Below are positions 30,874 to 41,169 of a stretch of DNA of 64,000 nucleotides, piece after piece (within the stretch, counting starts at the first letter, position 1; the number at the start of each line of letters is the position of its first letter). A model generated the notes under the pieces. That model saw only the letters and a list, made by a program, of their open reading frames with translations, was not told the origin of the DNA and made no database searches. The translations under genes and the position numbers were made by a program. Origin of the DNA: Planctomycetota bacterium (GTDB lineage Bacteria > Planctomycetota > B15-G4 > SIAN01); contig JANNXA010000010.1 in the NCBI GenBank assembly GCA_031409275.1, positions 160,001 through 224,000 on the forward strand, written 5' to 3'.

Positions 30874-31037
30874 CAGCCCGATGGAAAACTCTCCGTGTCG
30901 CCCGGCGGCGTCTTTCAACCCGGCACTTCGTCGGAAGCTCTCGACAACTCCGTTCGAAGTTGGCTTCGAGCCTCCTCCTCGTCCCGACTCGAAATCCGCT
31001 CGCCGGACTCCCGACGACTTCTCCAACGGGCTGTTAG
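30874..31037. mobile_element. MITE-like element, degenerate copy
   Basis: Ends CAGCCCGATGGAAAACTC ... GACTTCTCCAACGGGCTG(TTAG); closely matches the reverse complement of 56002-56183. Confidence 0.8.
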
Positions 31038-31080
31038 AAAAGCCGCGCGACGCACCTGCCGCTCGCCACCGGAACCTCTG

Positions 31081-32547
31081 ATGCAAGTCCTCGAGCTCGC
31101 CCTTCCCGTCCTGGCTGCTCTCGCGCTTTCGCGCCAGGAGTTGCCCCTCCCCGCCGATGTGCTGCGCCTGCACTACCGCCAGCGCAGCGCGCCGGAAGAG
31201 GCGCTGCGACTCGGCAACGGACGGCTCGAAGCGCGTTGCTTCGGCGTCGCGCGCCAGCCGCGATGGTCGCTCGCCCATCACGGCATCGAGCGGATCGAGG
31301 CGGGCGTGGTCGAGATCGACTTCACCGAGGGTGGCGCCACCCTCGACGAAGAGCATCAGCTCCTATTCGACCAAGGAGTCGTCACCGCGACCTTCAGTGA
31401 CGGCGACCACCGCTTCCTTTGCGACAGCTTCGTCAGCCACGCCGATCCGCTGCTGGTGATCCGCCTGCGCAAAGAGGGCGGCCCCTTCTCGCTGCGCATC
31501 GGATGGCGCGACGCCGAGCGCTCCCCGGCGGTCGTCGCCGGCAACGACCGGCTGGTGATGGAGCGCGCGTCCCACCATGGAGCGCTGCAGATCAAGAGCG
31601 TCGGCGGCGTGCTCGCGAGCGACGGCACGACGCTCACCGCGACGGGCGTCTATGCCCTCGTCGTGCACTGCACGGTGGAGCCGAACGATCTGGCGGGCAC
31701 CGGCGCGCGCGCGATCGACGCGACGCTCGCGGCCGCCAGCGCACTTCCCTTCGACGATCTGATCGCGCGCCACGAGGAGGCGCGCGAGCTGCTGCTTGGC
31801 GACTTCGCGCTCGAACTCGGCGAGGTGAGCGACCTGCAACGCCGACGACTCGCGGCGACCGATCAGCGGCTGCGCGTCGTCGCGTCGGGTGCCGAGGATC
31901 CCGACCTGGTCGCCGCCTGGTTCCTCATGGCGCGCCATCGCCTCGCCTGCAGCGGACCGCTGCCGGACGAGCGGCGCGCCGCCGCGAGCTTGCTGGCCAC
32001 CCCGAGCCGCTGGCCCACGGCGCTGAAACCCACGGAGAGTTCGACGCCGCCGCGCGCGGAGGATCTGCAGCGCGTCGATGCGGCGCGTGCGCGCCTCGAT
32101 GGCGACGCCGCATGGGCCGCACTGTCGCCACGGCTCGCGAAACAGACGGCGAGCAACCTCGAGTTCGAGGGCCTCGACCCGATGCGGGGGCAACTCGACG
32201 CCGCCGCGGCGATCGCCAGCTTCCTGCTCGACGAGCAGGGCGAGACGCTCGCCCTCCTGCCCACGCTGCCGCGCACCTGGAGCGACGGCTTCCTGCGCAG
32301 CTTCCGTACCGCCAGCGGAGTCGTCGTCGATCTGCGCTGGAGCAATGGCGCGCTCGACGCCGCGCGCTTCCGAGTCGAAGCATCGCGGATGCTGCGCCTG
32401 CGATTGCCCGCCGGCGAGTTCGAGTTCCATGCCATGGGCGATGACGGCGAGCCCGGCGCCACGCTCCCCGCGGAGCGACCCGCGCCGCGGCAGATCGCCA
32501 TCGAAGCGCTGCCCACGCGGCCGCTGCTGCTGCTGCCCCGCCGCTGA
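31081..32547 (+). CDS. GH95 (alpha-L-fucosidase)-like protein lacking most of the catalytic barrel
   Basis: N-terminal 'LHYRQ...EALRLGNGRL'; 'TDQRL...DPDLVAAWFLMARHRL'; C-terminal 'LLPTLPRTWSDGFLRSFR...VDLRWSNG'; only 488 aa. Confidence 0.7.
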   Translation: MQVLELALPVLAALALSRQELPLPADVLRLHYRQRSAPEEALRLGNGRLEARCFGVARQPRWSLAHHGIERIEAGVVEIDFTEGGATLDEEHQLLFDQGVVTATFSDGDHRFLCDSFVSHADPLLVIRLRKEGGPFSLRIGWRDAERSPAVVAGNDRLVMERASHHGALQIKSVGGVLASDGTTLTATGVYALVVHCTVEPNDLAGTGARAIDATLAAASALPFDDLIARHEEARELLLGDFALELGEVSDLQRRRLAATDQRLRVVASGAEDPDLVAAWFLMARHRLACSGPLPDERRAAASLLATPSRWPTALKPTESSTPPRAEDLQRVDAARARLDGDAAWAALSPRLAKQTASNLEFEGLDPMRGQLDAAAAIASFLLDEQGETLALLPTLPRTWSDGFLRSFRTASGVVVDLRWSNGALDAARFRVEASRMLRLRLPAGEFEFHAMGDDGEPGATLPAERPAPRQIAIEALPTRPLLLLPRR

Positions 32548-32583
32548 CTTCGCCGCTTGGCAAGCAAGCCGCGCGGCGCCACT

Positions 32584-34230
32584 TCACGGCAGTGCCGCGA
32601 CCAGCTTCGCGCACAACGGTGCGGCCGACTGCACGCCGACGAGATCCGCCGATCCGCCGCCCGCGAGGTTGCCAAGCCACGCCACCACGACGTGCTCGTT
32701 GGCGACGGCGACGCACCACGCATCGCGCCGTCCCGACGACGTACCGGTCTTCCACGGCAGCGCACGCGACGATGGAAAGCCCGGCAGCGGCGGCCCCTGC
32801 GCGAGCCAGTCGAGCACCTGTTGACGCGCTGGCGCCCCCACTCCGACCTGCGCCTCCGGATCCGCGAAACGGGCGTAGGCGCGCGCCAGGCCAAGCGGCG
32901 ACACCGCCACCGTTCCGAGCGCGGCGGTGAGGTCGAGCGGACGCACGCCCGGTTCGAGTCGGAGCGTCAGGAGCAGTTCCGTGAAGCGCGCGAGTCCGAC
33001 TTCGGCGAGCAGCGCCACCGCCGGCACGTTGCGTGACTGCACCAGCGCGTCGCGCAACGCCTGCGCGCCGCGAAACGAGCTGTCGAAGTTGCGCGGCGCG
33101 AAGTCGCCAAACTGCTGCGCGGCATCGACCACCGGGGTGAAGCGATTCGCGGCGCCGCCATCGAGCGCCAGCGCGACCAGGAACGGCTTGAGCGTGCTGC
33201 CCGCGTCGCGCGGCGCGAGCGCCGCATGGGCGCGATCGCTGGCGAAGCGACGACCGCCGCAGATCGCCACGACCGCGCCGTCGCGGCGTCGTACCACCAC
33301 TGCCGCGAGCCCGTCAGCGCCCGCATCATCCTGGTCCGCGACCAGATGCTCGACGCGCTCCTGCAGTCCGCGATCCAACGCGGTCACCAGCTCGCCGCCG
33401 ACCGCACTGGCTCCGCGCAGCGCCGCTTCGCATGCCCATGGCGCGAGGAAGGGCCAGGGTCGCATGGCCGACGGCAACGGCGTCGCCTGCGCCGCCGCGA
33501 GCGCGCCGGCGTCGAGGACGCCTTCCGCCGCCATCCGCTTCAACAGCCGATCGCGCCGCTCGCGCAGCTCGATCGCGGCGCGATCGGGTCGCAGCCGCGA
33601 AGGCGCCGGCAACATCGCCACCAGCAGCGCCGCCTCTGCCGGCATCAGCTGCGACGCCGAGATCCCGAACCAACGCCATGCCGCCGCCTCGAAACCGCGG
33701 ACGCCGCCGAGCGGGACGCGCGTCACGTACTCGCGCAGCAGTTCCGCCTTCGTGAGCTGCCGCTCGAGCTGACGCGCGCGCAACAGCTCGACCAGCTTCG
33801 AGACGAAGGTGCGAGGTCGCGGCTCGGCGATCCGCACCAGCTGCATCGTCAACGTCGACGCACCAGAGACGACGTGGCCAGCGCCGAGATTGGCGACCGC
33901 CGCACGCAGCAGCGCGGCGAAGTCGATGCCACCGTGCTCCGCGAAGCGGCGATCCTCCGCGACGCGCAGGGCGTCCAACAGCACCGGCGCCACCGCGTCG
34001 AGTTCGACCGGAAGGCAGCGTTCGCCCTCGCGGTTGGCGGTGACGCGCAGCGCCGTGCCATCCGCCGCGCGCACCACCGTCGAGGCCCCCGCGCGTGCCA
34101 GCGCCGCAAGCGGGAATGGCCAGACGCAGTCGAGCAGCCGCTCGCCGAGCCAAGCGCCGCCCACGATCGCCAACGTGCCGATCGCTGCTCGCCGCCAACC
34201 GTCCCGCCAACCTCGCGGCGATCGCATCAC
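32584..34230 (-). CDS. pbpC: Penicillin-binding protein 1C
   Basis: GT51 motifs EDRRFAEHGGID and SGASTLTMQ; transpeptidase STLK, SRN, KTG; directly downstream of alpha-2-macroglobulin. Confidence 0.9.
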   Translation of the reverse strand: MMRSPRGWRDGWRRAAIGTLAIVGGAWLGERLLDCVWPFPLAALARAGASTVVRAADGTALRVTANREGERCLPVELDAVAPVLLDALRVAEDRRFAEHGGIDFAALLRAAVANLGAGHVVSGASTLTMQLVRIAEPRPRTFVSKLVELLRARQLERQLTKAELLREYVTRVPLGGVRGFEAAAWRWFGISASQLMPAEAALLVAMLPAPSRLRPDRAAIELRERRDRLLKRMAAEGVLDAGALAAAQATPLPSAMRPWPFLAPWACEAALRGASAVGGELVTALDRGLQERVEHLVADQDDAGADGLAAVVVRRRDGAVVAICGGRRFASDRAHAALAPRDAGSTLKPFLVALALDGGAANRFTPVVDAAQQFGDFAPRNFDSSFRGAQALRDALVQSRNVPAVALLAEVGLARFTELLLTLRLEPGVRPLDLTAALGTVAVSPLGLARAYARFADPEAQVGVGAPARQQVLDWLAQGPPLPGFPSSRALPWKTGTSSGRRDAWCVAVANEHVVVAWLGNLAGGGSADLVGVQSAAPLCAKLVAALP

Positions 34231-37200
34231 GGCGACACCTCGACGTTCGTCGATGGCAACGTGGCCTGCCGTCCGGGCTCGTACAGCGATTCGAGCTGCG
34301 TGGCACCGCTCGCAAAGCGGCCGGCGAAGACGGCGCGCACTCGGTGATGCAACGTGAAGCGGCCGGCCGGGTCGCGCACGTCGAGGAAGAAGAGCACGCG
34401 ATCATCACGCACTTCGACGTGGTCGAGCGCAGCGCCGGTGGCACGCGCTTCACGATCGCCGGGCGTCGGCTCGCTCTCGATCCCAGCGGGCAGCAGATCG
34501 GAGAGCAGCAGTTGCGGCATCGCTCCGGCAACGCGACCGTCGAGGAAGAGGTCGTAGAGTCGGCCGCGCCGCAGCGTCTCGCCCGCCGCGAGCTCGCGGC
34601 CGCTCTCGACATCGACGAAGCGGCGCGCCAGCGAGAAGTCGGGAAAGCCGCGCGCGGTCGATTCGACCGTGAGCCCTTGCACTTCGAGCGCCGCGAACCG
34701 CGCTCCGGGACAGTGCAGTTGCAACGCCTCGTGCGGCCGAACTCGGAACGAAACGGGCTCCCCGCAGCGCAGTTCCTGGCGCTGCGTGCCGATCTGAAGA
34801 AGCGCCGGCGCACCCGCTTCGCCGCTGGCGAAACGGGCGAAGTAGTCCGCGAGCGCCAGCATCAGCTGCGCCTGCTCCTGGGTGGTCGTCCGTTCCGGAT
34901 GGGCGATCGCACCGCGCAAGCGATCGGCGAGCGGGGCGAGCGCGCGGTCCGCGGGATCGAGCGCGAGCCGGACGCGCAGCTCGAGCGCCTCACGACGCAA
35001 CGGCGAGCCGAACGACTCGGAGGTCGAGGTCGTCGCAGCGAGGGAATCCGCCCGCGCCAACAGCGCGCGCGCCGTCGGCTCCTGCCCCAGTCGCACCGCG
35101 GCGAGCGCCAGCAGCAGCGCCCCTTCCCCATCGGGCGGCGCCATCGCCAGCGTTTCGAGCCGTGTGGCGAACGGTCGACCGCTGCGCGACAGCAGCTCGA
35201 TGGCGAAACACGCTTCGAGGTCGGCACGGCTCGCCGCGATCTCGCGTTCGATGAAGGAGCGGGCCCGGGCGACCGCGTCCGCTGGAACCGCGCGGCCGGC
35301 CGCCTGCGCGCGCAGCAGCAGGTCGAACGCCCACAGCGTGCCGAAGCGATGCGGTGCCGCGCCGCCCGGCCAATAGGAGAAGCCTCCACTGCCAAGCTGC
35401 ATCGACAGCAACCGCTCGATGCCGGCGGCAAGCAACGCTTCCGGGGGCTGCTCGCGGTCGTCCACCAGCTGCGGGAAGAGCTCGAGCGCCGCTAGCAGCG
35501 CGTGGCAGCGCGAGGCGGTCTGCTCGATGCAGCCGTGCGGATAGTCGATCAGCGCGCGCGCCATCGGTTCGAGCTGCCGATCGGGGCGCGTGTCGACCAC
35601 GAGCCGCACGGCGACGCTCTCACCGAGCCAGTCGCTGCCGAGCGTGAGCGCATGGTCGCCCGCGCTGAGCTCGAGCGCTTCACGGCGCCGCTCGAAGCGT
35701 GCACGCGGAGCGACCGGCACCGGGCGCACGACGCTGCGTTCGTGGCCACCACCGCGAACATCGACTCGCAACGTCCCAGCGCCTGCGAACGCGGTGGCCT
35801 GCAGCGCGAGCTTCCAGTCGCGCCGCTCATCGACCGCCAACGTGAAGGTGCCGCGCGCCGCCGCGCCATCGGCCAGCGCAAGCCCGTCGCCGACCTGCGC
35901 GCTCCACTCCAGTTCGAGCGCCGCTCCGGTCCGATTGCACAACGTCGCCACCGCCTCGGCACGATCGCCGGCACTCAATCGGCGCGGCGCCGCCAGCTGC
36001 AGCGAAAGCGGCGCGCTCACCTCGAGATCGCTGCCGGCGGCGCCCACCTGCATCGGACCCGCCGCGACGACGGCGACCCGCAACCGCCCTTCGTAGTCGG
36101 AAGGCAGCGGAAAGCGGAGCTCCGCATGCCCGTCCGCGTCGAGCACGACGTCGCCGCGAAACAGAGCCACCACTTCGATCGTCGTCGTGCCCAGCGCGAG
36201 GTTGGCGGCGACCAGCGCGTCATCGCCGCCGACGAGTCGCTCGAGCGGGAAGCGGGCGCCCGCGAGGAGCGCGACCCGGCTGTCGGCGCCGCGCGTGATC
36301 AGGCGACGCGGCAGCAGGAACTCCGCGCGCGGATCGGCGTCGCGATGGCGCGTCTGCTGCAACGTCCCGACATCGACCAGCGCAACGGTCGCCGCCGTCG
36401 CCCCGCGCGCGTCGATGGCGACGACGACGGTCGCACCGGGCTCGACGTGCGATGGCGCCGTGACCGCGACCGGCAGGAACGCCGCGCTGCGGTCCACCTG
36501 CAGCGGCAGCGCACCGACCAGCCAGTCGGGCGGCGTCGCATCGCGTCGCGCCTGCGGTCGCGTCAGCGTGACGACGGCATGGACGGTCGGTCCGAGTTCC
36601 TCGGCCGGCACCTGCAAGGTCAACGTCGAGCGGCCCGCCGCCACGGCGACGAGCCTCGCCCCGTGCAGCCGCTCCCCTTCGAGTGTGACCAGTGCATGAC
36701 CGGCGAATGGCGCGTCGACCGTCAGCTCGAACGCGCCGCCGGCGACCACCCGCTCCGGCCCGCTCAACGCCAACCGATCGGGGCGTGCCCCCGCCGCTGC
36801 GAGTTCGAGCTCGCAGCGTTGGCCACCGCCCCGCACGACCACCACCGGCCAACGGCCCGACGCCTCGATCCACGCCGGCAGCTCGACTTCGATGCGACCC
36901 GGCGTCGGCACCACCACGCGACGCGTTGCCACCACCTCGATGGCGACGCGCGACTCGAAGTTCCCGTCGCTGCCCCACTGCCATTGCCGCGCCTGCAGCT
37001 CGACGTCCACGGCGAGTGTGGTGTCGGGCGCGCCGCCGCACGCGACCACCTCGACGCCGCCGGCCAGCGGTCGCACGCCCAACGTCGTCCCGGCACGAAC
37101 GGCGCTGGCCACCGACTGCGTGCGCACCACGCGTCCCGATGGATCGTCGACCTCGGCCTGCAGCAGCACGTGCCACGCACCGATGCCGGCCGGCAACGGC

Positions 37201-39497
37201 GGGAGGGAACAGCGGACACGCGCCCGCCCCAGCGCGTCGGTCACCGTCTCGATCGGCGCGAGATCCCCCGGCGGAGTCCTTCGTTCGAGGTCGGCGAACG
37301 AGGCGTCCAGAAGTCCGCTTCCCGACGCGCCGTCGACCGGCGGCTCGAACCGCGCGACGTCGACCCGCGGTCGCACCACGACGCGTCGCCCCGCGGCGAC
37401 GCCGCCCGCCAGCCAGCGCGCCTCGAGCTGCCACTCGCACGGCTCACCCGCGACCAACGGCGCGAGCCACGCGCCTTGCGCTTCGAGTCGATCGGGCACG
37501 AAGGTCTCGACGAAGAGCGTCGCCTCCGCCAGGCGCGGCCGCGCCGCATCGTCGGGCGCGAGGCCGCCGCGCAGCAGCTCGACCCGCCAGGCGCCAGTGG
37601 CATCGGCGACCGACGTTTCGAACGTGAGCGGCAACAGGCCGCTGCCCGGCACCTCGAACTCCTGGCGCCGCCGCAGTCGCCCGCGCGCGTCGAGCCAGCG
37701 CGCGATCACCGGCACGCCCGCCGCCGCGCGGCCGTCGCGTTCACGGACGAGCGCCGTGGCGTCGATCGTCTGGCCTGGACGCACCAGCCCGCGCGTCGGG
37801 TGGAGCAGCACTTCCAGGCCGCCGATCGGCGTCGGCGGCGCGCCGCCGACCGGCAGATGCGCAAGGTCGACGCGGAACCGCTCGAGCTCGAGCCACGCGA
37901 CTTCGTCTCCGTGCGTCACCACCACGAGGTAGGGGACGCGGTCGTCCTGCGGCGCCGGCAACGTCAGCACGGCGAGCCCCTCGCCATCGGTGCGCCCGCG
38001 CACCAACCGTTGCCGCGTCGGGGTGTAGAGCGCGACGTCGGCGTCGGCGACCGCGAGGTCGCTCGCCAACGTGCGAACCGCGACGACCGCATCGCGGACG
38101 CCGACGCGCGCCGAAAGGCCCAGCTCGCTCACCTGCAGCAGGCGCCGCTCCGGCCAGCGGATTCCAGCCTCGGGCGCGGTCAGCTCGACCACGCAGGGGC
38201 CGACCGGCGGCGCTCCGAACAAGGCCGCGAGGTCGACGCGAGTGAGCGCCCCCTCGTTGCGAGCCGCCGTCACCTCGACGAAGGCGCGGCGCGGCGGCGC
38301 AGCCAACGACTCAAGGCTCGTGTCGACATCGAGCGCCAGCGCGACGACGTTGTTCGGGTAGATCGACCAGAGCGCGACCTCGAATCGCGGCACATTCACC
38401 GTCGCGACCTCGAGCTCCGCGCCGGCCGCGCTGGAGAGCACCTCGCCACGGCGCGCGAAGTCGAGCTGCGGACGACGGTCCGGAACGAAAAGGGCGTGCT
38501 GCTCGGCGGCGGCGAGGCGCAGCAAGCCGCGACCAGGGAAGTCGGTCGCGAGGTGCAGCGTCAACGCGCGTCCCGCCGGAAACGTGCCGCGAAGAAGGAG
38601 CGCCCCGTCGCGCAGCTCCGCCGCCCAAGGCGAAGACGGCTCGACGCGCACCAGCGCGGGATCGAAATCGACCAGCGCGTGGTTGAAGCGGATCGAGAGT
38701 CCCGACGCGGTCGCCTCGGCGCGACGGAAGCGCAGCGGTGCCGCCAGCTCGAGCGGGGCGCGGTAGGGCTCGCCCATCGGCAACGGGCCGACGGTCGAGC
38801 ACAACGTCGCCGCCAACGCGACTTCGACCTGCGGCGGCAGCGGCGTCGCGGGCGACGACTCGAGCTGCACGAGGTGGCGTGTCCCATCGCGACTCGTCAC
38901 GTGCGCGACCAGCGGCGCTCCTGTCGGCGCCGTCACGCTCAACGCGGTCTGCAACGCCGCCGCCGCGATGGGCAGGTCGAACTCGAGCGCGAAGGCGGAC
39001 GGAGCAGCGCTTCCCGCGGGCGGCGGCGCGAGCTGCAGATCGACGACGCGCGGCCCCGGTGCCGCGACGTCGAACTCGCGCGCGGGCTCGACGCAGCGAC
39101 CGTCGATCGCGACGAGACCGGCGGCGAGCCGAACCTGGGTGCGCCGCGCGCGAGGCAGCGGCTCGGCGAGCCTCACCTCGAGCGTCGTCGGCGAGCTCCA
39201 CCACAGCGACAGCGGCTGCGGCGGATCGAGCGTGACGTCGACGCCGGCGGTCGCGCCAGGCAGATCGAGCGCCGCCGCACCGACCATCGGCGTGGCGAAC
39301 TCGAAGCGCAGACGCTCTTGCGCGACGATCAACCGGATCGCGCCATCGGGCAGCGGTCGTGCATGCGCGAGCGCGACGCGCGAAGCGGTCTCGCGCCAGC
39401 CCGCCGTGACGACGATGCCGAGCGCAAACGAGATCCCCAGACCGAGCGCGACACGCGCCCGGGCAATGAATGGCGAAAACACCGTCCCCCTCCCCAT
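34227..39497 (-). CDS. Bacterial alpha-2-macroglobulin (YfhM-like)
   Basis: 1756 aa; 'RGLVRPGQ', 'VETFVPDRL'; thioester motif YPHGCIEQ; 'GGFSYWPG'; 'DLLPAGIE...EVRDDRV'. Confidence 0.93.
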   Translation of the reverse strand: MGRGTVFSPFIARARVALGLGISFALGIVVTAGWRETASRVALAHARPLPDGAIRLIVAQERLRFEFATPMVGAAALDLPGATAGVDVTLDPPQPLSLWWSSPTTLEVRLAEPLPRARRTQVRLAAGLVAIDGRCVEPAREFDVAAPGPRVVDLQLAPPPAGSAAPSAFALEFDLPIAAAALQTALSVTAPTGAPLVAHVTSRDGTRHLVQLESSPATPLPPQVEVALAATLCSTVGPLPMGEPYRAPLELAAPLRFRRAEATASGLSIRFNHALVDFDPALVRVEPSSPWAAELRDGALLLRGTFPAGRALTLHLATDFPGRGLLRLAAAEQHALFVPDRRPQLDFARRGEVLSSAAGAELEVATVNVPRFEVALWSIYPNNVVALALDVDTSLESLAAPPRRAFVEVTAARNEGALTRVDLAALFGAPPVGPCVVELTAPEAGIRWPERRLLQVSELGLSARVGVRDAVVAVRTLASDLAVADADVALYTPTRQRLVRGRTDGEGLAVLTLPAPQDDRVPYLVVVTHGDEVAWLELERFRVDLAHLPVGGAPPTPIGGLEVLLHPTRGLVRPGQTIDATALVRERDGRAAAGVPVIARWLDARGRLRRRQEFEVPGSGLLPLTFETSVADATGAWRVELLRGGLAPDDAARPRLAEATLFVETFVPDRLEAQGAWLAPLVAGEPCEWQLEARWLAGGVAAGRRVVVRPRVDVARFEPPVDGASGSGLLDASFADLERRTPPGDLAPIETVTDALGRARVRCSLPPLPAGIGAWHVLLQAEVDDPSGRVVRTQSVASAVRAGTTLGVRPLAGGVEVVACGGAPDTTLAVDVELQARQWQWGSDGNFESRVAIEVVATRRVVVPTPGRIEVELPAWIEASGRWPVVVVRGGGQRCELELAAAGARPDRLALSGPERVVAGGAFELTVDAPFAGHALVTLEGERLHGARLVAVAAGRSTLTLQVPAEELGPTVHAVVTLTRPQARRDATPPDWLVGALPLQVDRSAAFLPVAVTAPSHVEPGATVVVAIDARGATAATVALVDVGTLQQTRHRDADPRAEFLLPRRLITRGADSRVALLAGARFPLERLVGGDDALVAANLALGTTTIEVVALFRGDVVLDADGHAELRFPLPSDYEGRLRVAVVAAGPMQVGAAGSDLEVSAPLSLQLAAPRRLSAGDRAEAVATLCNRTGAALELEWSAQVGDGLALADGAAARGTFTLAVDERRDWKLALQATAFAGAGTLRVDVRGGGHERSVVRPVPVAPRARFERRREALELSAGDHALTLGSDWLGESVAVRLVVDTRPDRQLEPMARALIDYPHGCIEQTASRCHALLAALELFPQLVDDREQPPEALLAAGIERLLSMQLGSGGFSYWPGGAAPHRFGTLWAFDLLLRAQAAGRAVPADAVARARSFIEREIAASRADLEACFAIELLSRSGRPFATRLETLAMAPPDGEGALLLALAAVRLGQEPTARALLARADSLAATTSTSESFGSPLRREALELRVRLALDPADRALAPLADRLRGAIAHPERTTTQEQAQLMLALADYFARFASGEAGAPALLQIGTQRQELRCGEPVSFRVRPHEALQLHCPGARFAALEVQGLTVESTARGFPDFSLARRFVDVESGRELAAGETLRRGRLYDLFLDGRVAGAMPQLLLSDLLPAGIESEPTPGDREARATGAALDHVEVRDDRVLFFLDVRDPAGRFTLHHRVRAVFAGRFASGATQLESLYEPGRQATLPSTNVEVSP

Positions 39498-39661
39498 CGC
39501 GAGCCCATCGGGCTCAGCTGATTCGCGCGGACGAAGTGCGCGTCAAGGGAACGGCAGCGGCCAATCGCCAGGCCAGCTGCGCTCCTCCCACCACCGGCGA
39601 CGCATCAGAGCCGCAATCCGGTGGACGTCAATCCGAGCGAAATGCGGACAGCGTGATCGCG

Positions 39662-41011
39662 TCAGGGCTGCGGCGGAACCGCTGCCATGTAGAGATGCGC
39701 GGCGACGGTGAAGTAGATCAGCAAGCCGCTGACATCGCAGAAGGTGGCGACGAATGGCGAGCACGCGGTGGCGGGGTCGAGCCGGAAAAAGCGCAAAGCG
39801 AAGGGCAGCGACGAACCGACCAGCGAGCCGAACAGCACGACGCCGGCGACGCTGAACGCGATCGTGAACGAGAGGCGCAGGTTGTGTTCGCCGTAGTCGT
39901 AGATGCCGAACCATTGCCAGGCGAGCACGCGGATGACGCCGATGCCCGCCAACAGCACGCCGAGCGCCACGCCCGAGCCGAGCTCGCGCCGGAAGACGCG
40001 CCACCAGTCGGCGAGGCGCAGCTCACCGAGCGCCAGCGCGCGGATCACCAGCGTCGACGACTGCGACCCGGAGTTGCCGCCGCTCGAGATGATCAGCGGC
40101 ACGAACAGCATCAGCACGCTCCACTGCTTGAGCGAGTGCTCGTAATGCTGCATCGCGGAGGCGGTGAAGGTCTCGCCGAGGAAGAGCACGGCGAGCCAGC
40201 CGAACCGCTTGCGCAGCAGCTCGACGAACCCGACTTCGAGGTAGGGCTTGTCGAGCGCCTCGACGCCGCCGAGCTTCTGGATGTCTTCCGTCGCCTCTTC
40301 CGTGACGACGTCGACGATGTCTTCCGCGGAGACGACGCCTTTCATCCGGCCCTCGGCATCGAGGACCGGGAGGGCGACCAGGTTCTTGCTGGAGAAGAGC
40401 GGCGCGATCTTCTCCTGGTCGAGGTCTTCGGCCACGGTGACGACATCGGTCACCATGACCTCCTCGATCCGCTTCGCCGCCGGCGCGGTCAGCAGCTGGC
40501 GGAACGAAAGCACGCCGCGCAGCTTCTGCTCGGCGTCGAGCACGTAGCAGTAGTAGATCGGGCGGTCCTTCTGCAGCGCCTGCTTGCGCAGGTAGAGGAT
40601 CGCCTCGTCGACGGTCATCTCGGGACGCAGCCGCACGAAGCGCGGGTTCATCAAGCCGCCGGCCTCATCCTCGGCGTAGGCCAACAGCGCGCGCACCTCC
40701 CGCAGCGAAACGTCGTCGAGCAGCGCCATCAGGCCGTCGCGCTCGCTGCGCGACGCTTGCTGGACGACGTCGGCCGCCTCATCGAGCGGCAGCAGTCGCA
40801 GCCACGTGCGGCGCGTCAGGTTGGGCAGCACCACCAGCAGCTGCGCCTGCTCGCGCGCCGTGAGGCCGAGGAAGAACTCCTCGGCTTCGTCTTCCGGCAG
40901 CAGCTTGAGCGCGTCGATGCGCTCGTCTGCGGACATCACCGACCACGCCGCGCGCAGGTCGGTGAGGACCTCGCTGGTTTCGGGAGTGAGCTGTCCTTCG
41001 GCGCGATCCAT
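39662..41011 (-). CDS. mgtE: Magnesium transporter MgtE
   Basis: 'YAEDEAGGLM', CBS pair, 'EEATEDIQ', 'GGNSGSQ', 'DPATACSPFVATFCD'. Confidence 0.95.
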   Translation of the reverse strand: MDRAEGQLTPETSEVLTDLRAAWSVMSADERIDALKLLPEDEAEEFFLGLTAREQAQLLVVLPNLTRRTWLRLLPLDEAADVVQQASRSERDGLMALLDDVSLREVRALLAYAEDEAGGLMNPRFVRLRPEMTVDEAILYLRKQALQKDRPIYYCYVLDAEQKLRGVLSFRQLLTAPAAKRIEEVMVTDVVTVAEDLDQEKIAPLFSSKNLVALPVLDAEGRMKGVVSAEDIVDVVTEEATEDIQKLGGVEALDKPYLEVGFVELLRKRFGWLAVLFLGETFTASAMQHYEHSLKQWSVLMLFVPLIISSGGNSGSQSSTLVIRALALGELRLADWWRVFRRELGSGVALGVLLAGIGVIRVLAWQWFGIYDYGEHNLRLSFTIAFSVAGVVLFGSLVGSSLPFALRFFRLDPATACSPFVATFCDVSGLLIYFTVAAHLYMAAVPPQP

Positions 41012-41169
41012 CGTGAGCGGGACGATAGCTCGCACGGCCTGCGCGAAGCGAGGGTGCAGCTGCCATTCCTTGCGGCGTCCGCAACGAGGACCTATGAGCC
41101 AATGCGGTTGCACGGCTCCGTTGCACGATCCGGCAGCGAGCCCCCACCACCCTTCATGAAGAGCACGCC

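Noticed and set aside
30895..31080. N-terminal extension of the GH95-like ORF, and the ORF 54512-56158 beginning with the same 'MSPGGVFQ'
   Set aside because: Both derive from the MITE sequence, not from real coding regions
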